From the NCBI GenBank assembly GCA_963798845.1, contig CAWCUS010000002.1, positions 800,001 to 864,000 of the forward strand: a stretch of 64,000 bases of DNA, read 5' to 3'. Below, in pieces: positions 55,501 to 64,000 of the stretch. The stretch comes from an uncultured Gemmatimonadales bacterium. GTDB lineage: Bacteria > Gemmatimonadota > Gemmatimonadetes > Longimicrobiales > RSA9. Position 1 is the first letter of the stretch. Each line of letters opens with the position of its first letter. The position numbers were made by a program, and so were the translations under genes. Under the pieces are notes generated by a model. The model searched no databases. It was given only the letters and a program-made list of their open reading frames with translations, and had not been told where the DNA came from.

Positions 55501-56460
55501 ATGAGCGGAAGATGGAGCACGCTGGGGTGGGGGGCCGCGCTGGCCGCCGCGCTGGCGGTGGGGCAGGTGGGATGCGGCGCCGAGGCGCCGGACTCCGGCG
55601 CGGGCGGGAGCGCGGCTCGCCCCTCGAACGGGGCCCGGACCGCGAACGGAGCCGCTGCCGGCTCGCCGGCAGCCGCAGCCCGGCCGTACGGCGACACGGG
55701 GACCGCTGCCCCCGCAGCCACCTCGCCCCTCGCCACGACCTCGCCCCTCGCGACGACGTCGCCCCCGGCCACGGCCGAGCGGCCGACGACTCCGGCCTCC
55801 GAGAGGTCGTCCGCGGAGGCCGGCGTGGTGCGCGACCAGGCTTCCCCGGCGGCGGCACCGGGCCCAGGCGAGGCGGTCGACAGCACGGCGGCGATCCTGC
55901 GGGCGACGGCGCGCCGGTACGAAGGAGTGACGTCCATGCAGGCGGACTTCGTCCAGGTGCTGAACAACACGCTGCTCGGCCAGGCCACACGCTCGCGCGG
56001 GACGATGTTCCAGAAGGAGCCCGGCTACTTCCTGATGCGCTTCAGCGAGCCTGCCGGTGACCTGATCCTGAGCGATGGCCGCTACTTCTGGCTGTACTTC
56101 CCAAGCAGCGATCCGAAGCAGGTGATCCGCACGCCCCGCGGCGCCCAGGGTCTGGATCTGCGCGCCCAGTTCATCGGCGACCCCGTACGACGCTTCGACG
56201 CCACCTACGGGGGGCGCGCCGAGGTGGACGGCCGGGAAGCGGACGTGCTGACGCTGGTGCCGAGGGTGGAAGCCGGCTACGAGCGCCTCAAGGTGTGGAT
56301 CGACGCCGGTGACCACCTGATCCGCCGCTTCGAGCTCACAGAGGCGAACGGCGTGGTCCGACACTTCGACCTCAGCGATGTCGTGGTCAACCCTTCGCTG
56401 CCCGACCGGCTGTTCCAGTTCACGCCGCCCGAGGGAGCGCAGGTGATCGAGCGTGGCTGA
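55501..56460 (+). CDS. lolA: LolA-like lipoprotein carrier with a long Ala/Pro/Thr N-terminal extension (start 55501 or 55360)
   Basis: ADFVQ, G.MFQK.PG.F.MRF..P, ILSDG..FW.Y.P and FQFTPPEGA motifs; directly follows ftsK. Confidence 0.85.
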   Translation: MSGRWSTLGWGAALAAALAVGQVGCGAEAPDSGAGGSAARPSNGARTANGAAAGSPAAAARPYGDTGTAAPAATSPLATTSPLATTSPPATAERPTTPASERSSAEAGVVRDQASPAAAPGPGEAVDSTAAILRATARRYEGVTSMQADFVQVLNNTLLGQATRSRGTMFQKEPGYFLMRFSEPAGDLILSDGRYFWLYFPSSDPKQVIRTPRGAQGLDLRAQFIGDPVRRFDATYGGRAEVDGREADVLTLVPRVEAGYERLKVWIDAGDHLIRRFELTEANGVVRHFDLSDVVVNPSLPDRLFQFTPPEGAQVIERG

Positions 56461-58057
56461 GAGGAAGCCGCTGCCGGTCCTCCCGTCTGGATCGCCGCTC
56501 TCCGGCGGAGCGACGGGAGGCGACGCCGACGGAGCGGAGCCGCTGACCGCGGCGCTGGACGCCGCCGGCGTGGTGGCGGGCACCCGCGTCGCCCTGGTGA
56601 CGCTCGGGTGCGACAAGAACACCGTGGACAGCGAGCGGGTGCTGAGCCGGCTGGTGGGCGCTGGTGTGGAGCTCGCGGCGTCGCCGGAGGAAGCGGACGT
56701 GGTGCTGGTGAACACGTGCGGCTTCATCGAGGTGGCGAAGCAGGAATCCATTGAGGCGCTCCTGTCGGCGGCGAGGCTGAAGGAGTCCGGACGCGTGCGG
56801 GCGGTGGTAGGCATGGGTTGTCTGGTGCAGCGCTACAAGGCGGAGCTCGAGGCCGAGATCCCGGAGGTGGACCTGTTCCTGGGACTCGCCGAGACCGACC
56901 GCCTGATCCCTGAGCTCGCGAGCCGCGGCTTCGTCGCCGTGGACGGGCCGGTGATGGAGCGCCCGCTGCGCGTCCTCAGCTCCGCCAATGCCGGGGTCCA
57001 TTCGGCGCACCTCAAGATCAGCGAGGGCTGCGATCACACGTGCGCGTTCTGCGCGATTCCCCTGATGCGGGGCAAGTTCCGCTCGACGCCGCTGGACGTG
57101 CTCGTGCGGGAAGCGCAGGCGCTGGAGGCCCGGGGCGCGGTCGAGCTGAACATCGTGAGCCAGGACACCACCTGGTACGGCCGTGACTGGGCCCGGGCGC
57201 TGGCGCGCGGGGATGCCTCGCCCTTCCGGGGAGACGAGGGCGACGGCTGGTTCCTCGGCCGCCCCTTCGAAGGCATGGCCAACGCCCCGCTCGCCGACCG
57301 GTTGGCGTCGCGCGACGCGGAAGGCCCCGTGCGGTCCGGCCCGCTGTCGCTGGAAGGCGTGACGCGCACGGGCGCGCTCCCGCTTCTCCTCGAAAGGCTC
57401 CTCGAGGAGACCGGCATCCCGTGGTACCGCCTGTTCTACATGTACCCGTCAGGCATCACGCCCGAGCTGGTGGCGCTCATGGCCAGGGAGCCGCGCATCC
57501 TGCCATACCTCGACATGCCGATCCAGCACGGCTCGGACGCGGTGCTGACACGCATGCGCCGGCCGGAGCGCAGGGCGACGATCCTGGAGCGGGTCCGCTG
57601 GCTGCGCGACGCGATCCCCGACCTCGCCCTCCGGACCACGTGCATCGTCGGCTTCCCGGGCGAGACGGAGGACGACTTCGAAGCGCTGCTGGCACTGCTC
57701 GAGGAAGTCGGCTTCGATCACGTGGGCGCGTTCGCATACTCCGAGGAGGAGGATACGCCGGCGGCCGAGATGGGCGACCAGGTCCCCGTCCCGGTGCGGA
57801 GAGAGCGGCTGGAGCGGCTGCTGGACGCGCAGCGGACCCTTTCGCTGGGGAGGAACGAGGTGCGCGTGGGACTGCGGACCGCGGTGCTGGTGGACGCGGT
57901 GGACACGGATGGCGCCGTCGCCCGGGCGCCGTGGCAGGCGCCGGAAGTGGACGGGGTCGTCATCGTGGAGGACGGCGCGGGACTCCGGCCCGGGGAGCTG
58001 GTGGACGTGGAGATCACGGAAGCGGACGAGTTCGACCTGAGCGCACGCCTGGCGTGA
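56453..58057 (+). CDS. rimO: Ribosomal protein S12 methylthiotransferase
   Basis: LGCDKN.VDSE, NTCGFI, KISEGCDHTCAFCAIP, QDTT.YG, YLDMPIQH and APEVDG motifs. Confidence 0.95.
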   Translation: MAERKPLPVLPSGSPLSGGATGGDADGAEPLTAALDAAGVVAGTRVALVTLGCDKNTVDSERVLSRLVGAGVELAASPEEADVVLVNTCGFIEVAKQESIEALLSAARLKESGRVRAVVGMGCLVQRYKAELEAEIPEVDLFLGLAETDRLIPELASRGFVAVDGPVMERPLRVLSSANAGVHSAHLKISEGCDHTCAFCAIPLMRGKFRSTPLDVLVREAQALEARGAVELNIVSQDTTWYGRDWARALARGDASPFRGDEGDGWFLGRPFEGMANAPLADRLASRDAEGPVRSGPLSLEGVTRTGALPLLLERLLEETGIPWYRLFYMYPSGITPELVALMAREPRILPYLDMPIQHGSDAVLTRMRRPERRATILERVRWLRDAIPDLALRTTCIVGFPGETEDDFEALLALLEEVGFDHVGAFAYSEEEDTPAAEMGDQVPVPVRRERLERLLDAQRTLSLGRNEVRVGLRTAVLVDAVDTDGAVARAPWQAPEVDGVVIVEDGAGLRPGELVDVEITEADEFDLSARLA

Positions 58058-59385
58058 GGGTGCGAACGCACGCGGGGACGGGGCACCGACTGGTCCGGTT
58101 GCTGGCGGCGACCGGCGTCCTGGCCTCCTGCACGGTGGCCGGACCGCGCCCGGAAGGCGCCGGCGGCCCCTCTCCCGTGCGTGTCCCCGCGGGCATCGAG
58201 GCCGGAGTGGAGCCGGGGGTCCGCGTGGGTGTGGCGGTGGCCGTGGATTCGGCCGTCTTGGGAGGGACCGGGGCGTTCGAGCTGGTGGACGCGGCGGGCG
58301 CCGTGGAGGCCAGGGGCGGCGCCGGTGACGTCTGGGTGGTACGGGCGGCTGCCGGGGGTCTCGAGGTCGTTCGCCGGCCCGCCGCAACGGGCGGTACCGG
58401 GCGCGCGGCGCCCATTGCCAGGTCCCGCCCGGGCGGGCTGCTCGTCCTTCGTCCTGCGGGCGACGGCCGGGTCACGCTCGGCGATCGGTCCTACCGTGGC
58501 TCGCTCCTGCTCCGGGCCGCCGATACCGGGGTCACGGTGGCCAACGCCCTGGACCTGGAGGCGTACCTTCTGGGCGTGGTGCCGCTGGAAATCGGGGCAG
58601 GGCGGCCGGCGGAGGAGATGGCGGCGGTCAAGGCGCAGGCGGTGGCGGCGAGGACCTACGCCGTCCGCAACCTGGGCCGGCGCGGCGACCTTGGCTTCGA
58701 CTTCTACGGTAGCGTCCTCGACCAGGCGTACGGCGGCGAGTCGGCGGAGGACCCGGTGGCGAGCGCGGCGGTACGGGAGACGCGAGGCGAGATCGTCGTC
58801 TACCAGGGCGAGCCGATCGAGGCGTACTACCACTCCACGTGCGGCGGACGGACGGCGGCTCTGGACGAAGTGTGGCCGGGTACGCCCCGGCCGTACCTCC
58901 GCTCGGTGTCGGACCGGCGCCCCGACGGGGGCTGGTACTGCGAGAGCTCGAGCCGCTTCCGCTGGACGGAGGAGTGGGACGCCGGCGAGCTGGCGGCGGC
59001 GCTCACGGCCGCGCTGCGGGCCACCGGCCGCGCCACCGGCCGGGTCACCCGGGTCGATGACATCGAGATCACGCGGCGGACGCCGTCCGGGCGGGTGGGG
59101 GAGCTGCGGATCCGGACCAATCTCGGCGAGACGGTGGTCCACGGGGACTCCGTTCGGTGGATCCTGCGGCCGGCGCCGGACCGGATCCTGAACAGCGCGT
59201 CCATCGAGCTGGAGCCGGAGGGGCGCGGCCAGGTGACGCACCTCACGGCGCGCGGCGCGGGGTGGGGGCACGGGATCGGCATGTGCCAGATCGGCGCTTT
59301 GGGACGCGCACGGGCGGGGGAGTCCTATCGCGAGATACTGGGGACGTACTATCCTGGGACCCGAATTGCCCGACTCTATCGGTGA
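58054..59385 (+). CDS. SpoIID/LytB-domain lipoprotein (lytic transglycosylase-like)
   Basis: LASC lipobox; LEAYL.GVVP.E, KAQAVAARTYA, YHSTCGG and GWGHGIGMCQ.GA motifs. Confidence 0.92.
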   Translation: MRVRTHAGTGHRLVRLLAATGVLASCTVAGPRPEGAGGPSPVRVPAGIEAGVEPGVRVGVAVAVDSAVLGGTGAFELVDAAGAVEARGGAGDVWVVRAAAGGLEVVRRPAATGGTGRAAPIARSRPGGLLVLRPAGDGRVTLGDRSYRGSLLLRAADTGVTVANALDLEAYLLGVVPLEIGAGRPAEEMAAVKAQAVAARTYAVRNLGRRGDLGFDFYGSVLDQAYGGESAEDPVASAAVRETRGEIVVYQGEPIEAYYHSTCGGRTAALDEVWPGTPRPYLRSVSDRRPDGGWYCESSSRFRWTEEWDAGELAAALTAALRATGRATGRVTRVDDIEITRRTPSGRVGELRIRTNLGETVVHGDSVRWILRPAPDRILNSASIELEPEGRGQVTHLTARGAGWGHGIGMCQIGALGRARAGESYREILGTYYPGTRIARLYR

Positions 59386-59390
59386 GCGCC

Positions 59391-60068
59391 ATGCGACGGA
59401 CCATCTTCGCCCTGCTGCTGCTCGCGACCGCCTCGCCCGCGGCCGCGCAGTCCCTGGCCGACTACGACTACGAGAACCTCGGCCTCCGCGGTGCCGGCGC
59501 CGCCCTGGGGTACATGTGGTCGAACCGCGTCCAGAACACGAACGTCTACAGCCTCCGCCTCGATCTCGGCTACCTCGGGCCCGGGGTGCGCATCATCCCG
59601 ACGCTCAGCTACTGGCAGTCCAAGTTCACGCAGAAGGAGCTCGACGCCCTGGCGGCAAGGATCAACGGCCGGGGCGGCGTTTCCTTCGTGGACGCCCGAG
59701 AGCTCGCCCCACTGAAGTGGAGCGACCTCTCCCTCTCCGTGGACGGGCAGTTCGTGTGGAAGACGCCGGCCGCGCTGCTGACGTACGTGGGCGCAGGATT
59801 CGGGCTGCACGCGCTCAACGGCCAGGGCGCCGCCATTGACAACACGTTCATCGAGGACCTGCTCGACTCCGTAACGGCCGGCATGTCCGTGCTGGGCGGG
59901 CTCGAGCTGGTGCCGGACCCTCGCCTGCGATTCTACGGCGAGGGCCGCTACACGGTCATGAACAGTATCCAGTATCTTTCAGCCGCCGGCGGCGTCCAGT
60001 TCATGTTCGGCTCGCCCGAACCCCAGGGCGGGACGGCCCGGCCGGCTCCCGCGCCGGAGGGGCAGTAA
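59391..60068 (+). CDS. Putative small outer-membrane beta-barrel protein
   Basis: Signal peptide ending AAA-Q; alternating amphipathic strands (YVGAGFGLH, GEGRY, GGVQF). Confidence 0.65.
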   Translation: MRRTIFALLLLATASPAAAQSLADYDYENLGLRGAGAALGYMWSNRVQNTNVYSLRLDLGYLGPGVRIIPTLSYWQSKFTQKELDALAARINGRGGVSFVDARELAPLKWSDLSLSVDGQFVWKTPAALLTYVGAGFGLHALNGQGAAIDNTFIEDLLDSVTAGMSVLGGLELVPDPRLRFYGEGRYTVMNSIQYLSAAGGVQFMFGSPEPQGGTARPAPAPEGQ

Positions 60069-61084
60069 TGGCGCAGGGCGGCGAGCTGCGGGTGGGCGTG
60101 GTGGGGACCGGGGCGATCGCGCAGATCGTCCATCTTCCGCTCCTCAAGCAGATCGACTCCGTGCGGGTGGAGGGGCTGTGCGACCTGGACCACTCGAAGG
60201 CCAGGGCGCTGGCCGAGCGGCTCGGCATCCCCAGGGTGTTCCGGAAAGCCGAGCAGCTGTTCGCCTGCGACGAGGTCGATGCGGTCGTCGTCTGCTCCCC
60301 CAGCCACCGGCACGAGGAGCACGCCATCGCCGCGCTGGCGGCGGGGAAGCATGTCCTGGTGGAGCGCCCGCTGGCGCTCACCGGGAAGGGTGCGATGGCG
60401 GTGTGTCGGGCTGCGGACCGCGCCGATCGGGTGCTCGTCGTCGCCTACAACAACCGCTACCGGCCGGAGGTCCGGGGCCTGCACTCGTTCATACAGGCGG
60501 GTGAGCTGGGCGACATCTTCAGCGTCCACGGCACCTGGTTCAACCGGAAGGTGCGTCCGAAGCGGCCCACCTGGCGGCACCGGAAGGACCTGGCGGGCGG
60601 CGGCGCCTTCATGGATCTCGGCGTCCAGGTGCTCGACCTCTGCCTCTGGCTCGTCGACTATCCGGACGTGGAGCGCGTCTTCTCCCACATGCACCCGGCC
60701 GAAGGCTTCGACGTGGAAGATTCGGCCTCGGCCCTGATGCAGCTGTCGGGCGGGTCGACCCTTTCGGTGCAGGTGACGTGGAGCATGCTCGGCGAGCGTG
60801 ACCGCCACCACGTGCGCGTGTTCGGCAGCGCCGGCACCGCCACGACGTACCCGCTCAAGGTGTACAAGGAAGTGGAGCACGGGACGCTGGACGTGACGCC
60901 TCAGATCACGCCCGGGCAGGAGAACTCCTACACGGCGTCCTACCGCGAGGAGCTGCGCGCCTTCGCAGCAGCCGCCCTCGGGCGCGCCGAGCGCCCGCCG
61001 CTGCCCCGTGAGCAGGTGAGCCTCATGCGCGCGGTGAACGCGGTCTACGCGTCCGCCGAGAAGGCGAGGGAAGTCCGGCTGTGA
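60068..61084 (+). CDS. Gfo/Idh/MocA family oxidoreductase
   Basis: VGVVGTGAIA, GKHVLVERP, GGGAFMDLGV and VEDSA motifs. Confidence 0.92.
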   Translation: MAQGGELRVGVVGTGAIAQIVHLPLLKQIDSVRVEGLCDLDHSKARALAERLGIPRVFRKAEQLFACDEVDAVVVCSPSHRHEEHAIAALAAGKHVLVERPLALTGKGAMAVCRAADRADRVLVVAYNNRYRPEVRGLHSFIQAGELGDIFSVHGTWFNRKVRPKRPTWRHRKDLAGGGAFMDLGVQVLDLCLWLVDYPDVERVFSHMHPAEGFDVEDSASALMQLSGGSTLSVQVTWSMLGERDRHHVRVFGSAGTATTYPLKVYKEVEHGTLDVTPQITPGQENSYTASYREELRAFAAAALGRAERPPLPREQVSLMRAVNAVYASAEKAREVRL

Positions 61085-62688
61085 AGGTCCTGCCGGCCCG
61101 GGGCGAGCGGGCCCTCCCGCTGCTCGCGGGGGCCCTCCTCGCCCTCTCGTACCCTCCGCTCCGGATCGTCGTCGCTCCCTTCATCGGACTCGTCCCCCTC
61201 CTCGTCTTCATCGCCGAGCGCCCGGACGGCGAGGGGGGGCGCTGGAGCGCCACGCGCGCGGGGCTCCTCACGGGGCTGGTCTACTTCGGGCTGCAGCTCT
61301 ACTGGCTGGTGATCGCCCTCATCTACTACTCGATGCTGGCAATCCCGGCCTACATCGGGACCGTCCTCGTGCTCGCCGGGTTCACGGGCGGCTTCGCGTG
61401 GGCCGTCCATTACACCCGCGAGCGACTGCGCCTCCCCCTCGCGCTCGGCGCCGCCCTCTTCTGGCCGACTCTCGAATGGCTACAGGGGCATCTCAGTGAC
61501 CTCTCCTTCCCCTGGCTCGGCCTCGGCACCGCCCTCGCCTACTTCCCACGCCTGGCCGGCGCCGCCGACCTGGTGGGCGCCCGCGGGCTCACCGTCTGGC
61601 TCGCCGCCGTCAACGGCGTCGTCGCCATGCTCGTGGTGCGCTATCGGGACGGGAAGCCAGTGCGCACCCTTGCCCTCGGGCTGCTCGTCCTCCTGGGCGC
61701 GCCGATCGCCTACGGCAGCTGGCGCGTGGCCACGCTGCCCATGAAGCCCGCGGCCCGTGTCGCCATCGTTCAGCCGGACATCCCGGAGGACCTGAAGATG
61801 GACCGGGAGCTGGCGCTCGACACGTCCATGACCATGCTCACCCGTCTCACCATGGCCGTGGCGGACTCCGGCGTGGACCTCGTGGCCTGGCCCGAGGTGG
61901 CCGTTCCCGACTTCGTCCCCTACCGGCCTCGCCTCATGCGCACCGTCGAGCGGCTCAGCGCGCGCGTCGGTGCGCCGATCGTCGTGGGCACGTACGGGCT
62001 CGACCGATACGGCGGCCGCGACGTCGTCTACAACTCCGCCATCGTGGTGGACTCCACGGGCGAGAGCGGGCCGCGCTACGACAAGCAGTTCCTCGTCCCG
62101 TTCGTCGAGCGCGTGCCGTTCATCGACCCGGCATTGCTGGAGAGCATCGTGGGAAGCGTCCAGTACTTCGGGGGCCTCGGCCGCGGTCGCGGCGCCCCCA
62201 CGTTCGCCGCGGCCAGTCGCTTCCGTTTCGGCGTCATGATCTGCTACGAGTCCATCTTCGCGCCCCTCGCCCGCCGCTACCGCCGCAACGGCGCCTCCTT
62301 CCTGGTGAACGTCACCAACGACGCCTGGTACGGACGACAGGAATGGTACGCACGCACCACCGCCCTCTGGCAGCACCCCGCCCACATGAGCATGCGCGCC
62401 ATCGAGACCCGCACCGGCGTGGCCCGCGCCGCGAACACCGGCATCTCCATGTTCATCGACCCCTTCGGCCGCAGCTACGAGCGCACTCCTCTGTTCCAGC
62501 CCGCCGTGCGCGTCGGCACCGTCTACACCACCGACGCCGTCACCCTGTTCGTCCGCTGGGGCGACTGGCTCGCCTCGCTCGCCGCCATCCTGGCGCTGGC
62601 CACCCTGATCGCCGCACGGGCCCGGCGCGGGATCGGGAGACGGGAGCCCTCGACCGCCGGGCGTCGACGGTCGACCGCAGACCGTTGA
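61081..62688 (+). CDS. lnt: Apolipoprotein N-acyltransferase
   Basis: FPW..LG, WPE, YDK..LVPF.E, ICYES, NVTNDAW and RAANTGIS (E-K-C triad). Confidence 0.96.
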   Translation: MKVLPARGERALPLLAGALLALSYPPLRIVVAPFIGLVPLLVFIAERPDGEGGRWSATRAGLLTGLVYFGLQLYWLVIALIYYSMLAIPAYIGTVLVLAGFTGGFAWAVHYTRERLRLPLALGAALFWPTLEWLQGHLSDLSFPWLGLGTALAYFPRLAGAADLVGARGLTVWLAAVNGVVAMLVVRYRDGKPVRTLALGLLVLLGAPIAYGSWRVATLPMKPAARVAIVQPDIPEDLKMDRELALDTSMTMLTRLTMAVADSGVDLVAWPEVAVPDFVPYRPRLMRTVERLSARVGAPIVVGTYGLDRYGGRDVVYNSAIVVDSTGESGPRYDKQFLVPFVERVPFIDPALLESIVGSVQYFGGLGRGRGAPTFAAASRFRFGVMICYESIFAPLARRYRRNGASFLVNVTNDAWYGRQEWYARTTALWQHPAHMSMRAIETRTGVARAANTGISMFIDPFGRSYERTPLFQPAVRVGTVYTTDAVTLFVRWGDWLASLAAILALATLIAARARRGIGRREPSTAGRRRSTADR

Positions 62689-62786
62689 GCCCCTGGCCGT
62701 CGAGCGTTCGCGTCCGGACCCTCCCTCTCACGCGTCGGCGAACGAATCTCCCGGGTCGGGGGGTAGCAGGAGGGGGCCGGGGCGTT

Positions 62787-62792
62787 TATAAT
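62787..62792 (+). promoter_or_regulatory. -10 box of the rpmE promoter
   Basis: Perfect TATAAT 35 nt upstream of rpmE in very GC-rich DNA. Confidence 0.6.
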
Positions 62793-62827
62793 CATCGGCT
62801 GGAACACAAAGGAACGGAGCAGCGACG

Positions 62828-63157
62828 ATGAAGCAGGGCATCCATCCGGAGTACAAGCAGGCGACTGTGCATTGCGCGTGCGGCAACTCCTTTGTCACGC
62901 GGAGCACCCAGGAGGACATCCACCTGGACGTGTGCTCGGTCTGCCACCCGTTCTTCACCGGCAAGCAGCGTCTGATGGACACTGCGGGCCGGGTGGAACG
63001 GTTCCGCCGCAAGTGGGGCAGTGGCGAGCAGGCGAAGGGGAAGAAGGCGCAGGGTACGGCCGCGGAGGGGGCGGAGGCGGAGGCGAAGCAGGATGCCGCT
63101 GCGAACGCCACGGCGGCCGCGGAGCCGAAGGGTGGCGCGGAAGCCGACGCGGTCTGA
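62828..63157 (+). CDS. rpmE: 50S ribosomal protein L31 (Zn-binding type) with Ala/Glu tail
   Basis: [25 protein letters not shown] and GRVERF motifs. Confidence 0.97.
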   Translation: MKQGIHPEYKQATVHCACGNSFVTRSTQEDIHLDVCSVCHPFFTGKQRLMDTAGRVERFRRKWGSGEQAKGKKAQGTAAEGAEAEAKQDAAANATAAAEPKGGAEADAV

Positions 63158-63214
63158 CGCGCGACGGCGGAAAGCCCCCGGGGTGTTCACCGGCGGGGGG
63201 AGCAGGCTCACGAG

Positions 63215-63239
63215 GAGCCGGGCGAGTCCCGGCTCTTTT
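63215..63239 (+). terminator. Intrinsic terminator-like hairpin between rpmE and prfA
   Basis: GAGCCGGG-cgagt-CCCGGCTC-TTTT. Confidence 0.6.
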
Positions 63240-63250
63240 CGCATGAGTGT

Positions 63251-64000
63251 ATGTCACTGGAAACGCGACTTGAACAGACAGTGGAGCGGCACCGTGAGCT
63301 GACGATGCGGCTGGCGGACCCGGACGTACTCGGCGACCCGCAGCGACTGCGGGCGGTGGCGCAGGAGCACGCGGATCTCGCGCCTGTGGCGGAGGCGGCG
63401 GAGGAGCTGGCGCGGGTGCGCAAGCAGCTGGGGGAGGCGAGGGAGCTGGCGACGTCGTCGGACGAGGAGATGGCGGAGCTTGCGGAGGCGGAAGCGGAGG
63501 CTCTGGCGGCACGGGAGGAAGCGCTGATGGACCGGGTCACCCGGCTGCTGGTGCCGAAGGACCCGCTGTCGGACCGTGCCGCGGTCGTGGAGGTGCGGGC
63601 GGGGACGGGCGGCGACGAAGCGGCGTTGTTCGCGGGGGATCTGGTGCGGATGTATCTGCGCTATGCGGAGTCGCGGGGCTGGCGGACCGAAACGGTGAAC
63701 GTGAGCGAAGGGGAGGTGGGCGGGTACCGGGAGGCGGTGTTCATCGTTCGCGGCAAGGACGCGTACGGCGACCTGCGCAGCGAGTCGGGAGTGCACCGCG
63801 TGCAGCGGGTGCCGGAGACGGAGAGCCAGGGCCGGATCCACACGTCGGCGGCCACGGTGGCGGTGCTGCCGGAGGCGGAGGACGTGGACGTGGACATCCG
63901 TGACGAGGAGCTGCGGGTGGACGTGTACCGGTCGTCGGGTCCTGGCGGGCAGAGTGTGAACACCACCGACTCGGCAGTGCGGATCACGCACATACCGACC
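63251..64000 (+). CDS. prfA: Peptide chain release factor 1 (3'-truncated by the window edge)
   Basis: [25 protein letters not shown] (PxT motif of RF1) and [18 protein letters not shown]; follows rpmE. Confidence 0.96.
   Translation, partial: MSLETRLEQTVERHRELTMRLADPDVLGDPQRLRAVAQEHADLAPVAEAAEELARVRKQLGEARELATSSDEEMAELAEAEAEALAAREEALMDRVTRLLVPKDPLSDRAAVVEVRAGTGGDEAALFAGDLVRMYLRYAESRGWRTETVNVSEGEVGGYREAVFIVRGKDAYGDLRSESGVHRVQRVPETESQGRIHTSAATVAVLPEAEDVDVDIRDEELRVDVYRSSGPGGQSVNTTDSAVRITHIPT

Overview
Very GC-rich bacterial chromosome segment. Gene content and order (tol-pal-cpoB-nrdR-tatC-lptD-hutH-hutI, DUF4321-tatA, ftsK-lolA-rimO, lnt-rpmE-prfA) suggest Gemmatimonadota, probably Longimicrobiales (inference). 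It is mostly housekeeping genes: secA, nadD, radC, rel, a PAPS cluster (cysQ-cysC-transporter-sat), uvrB, tsaE/tsaB/rimI, tol-pal, acc, ftsK and prfA. Several single-base indels (secA x4, lptD, tolQ, one accessory gene x2) look like long-read errors. I saw no rRNA, tRNA, CRISPR array, transposase or integrase. The most unusual features are: (1) a 584-bp fold-back element between tolQ and tolR, made of two opposed tandem arrays of GNA-triloop DNA mini-hairpins and bounded by a duplicated TGA; (2) a four-helix-bundle (IVS/Avd-like) gene enclosed by two nested pairs of inverted repeats; (3) an accessory island (about 16.1-24.6 kb) whose SARP/BTAD-TPR regulator has candidate 11-bp-periodic binding sites ahead of an uncharacterised three-gene cluster, plus an exactly symmetric palindrome/IHF-like/palindrome site.
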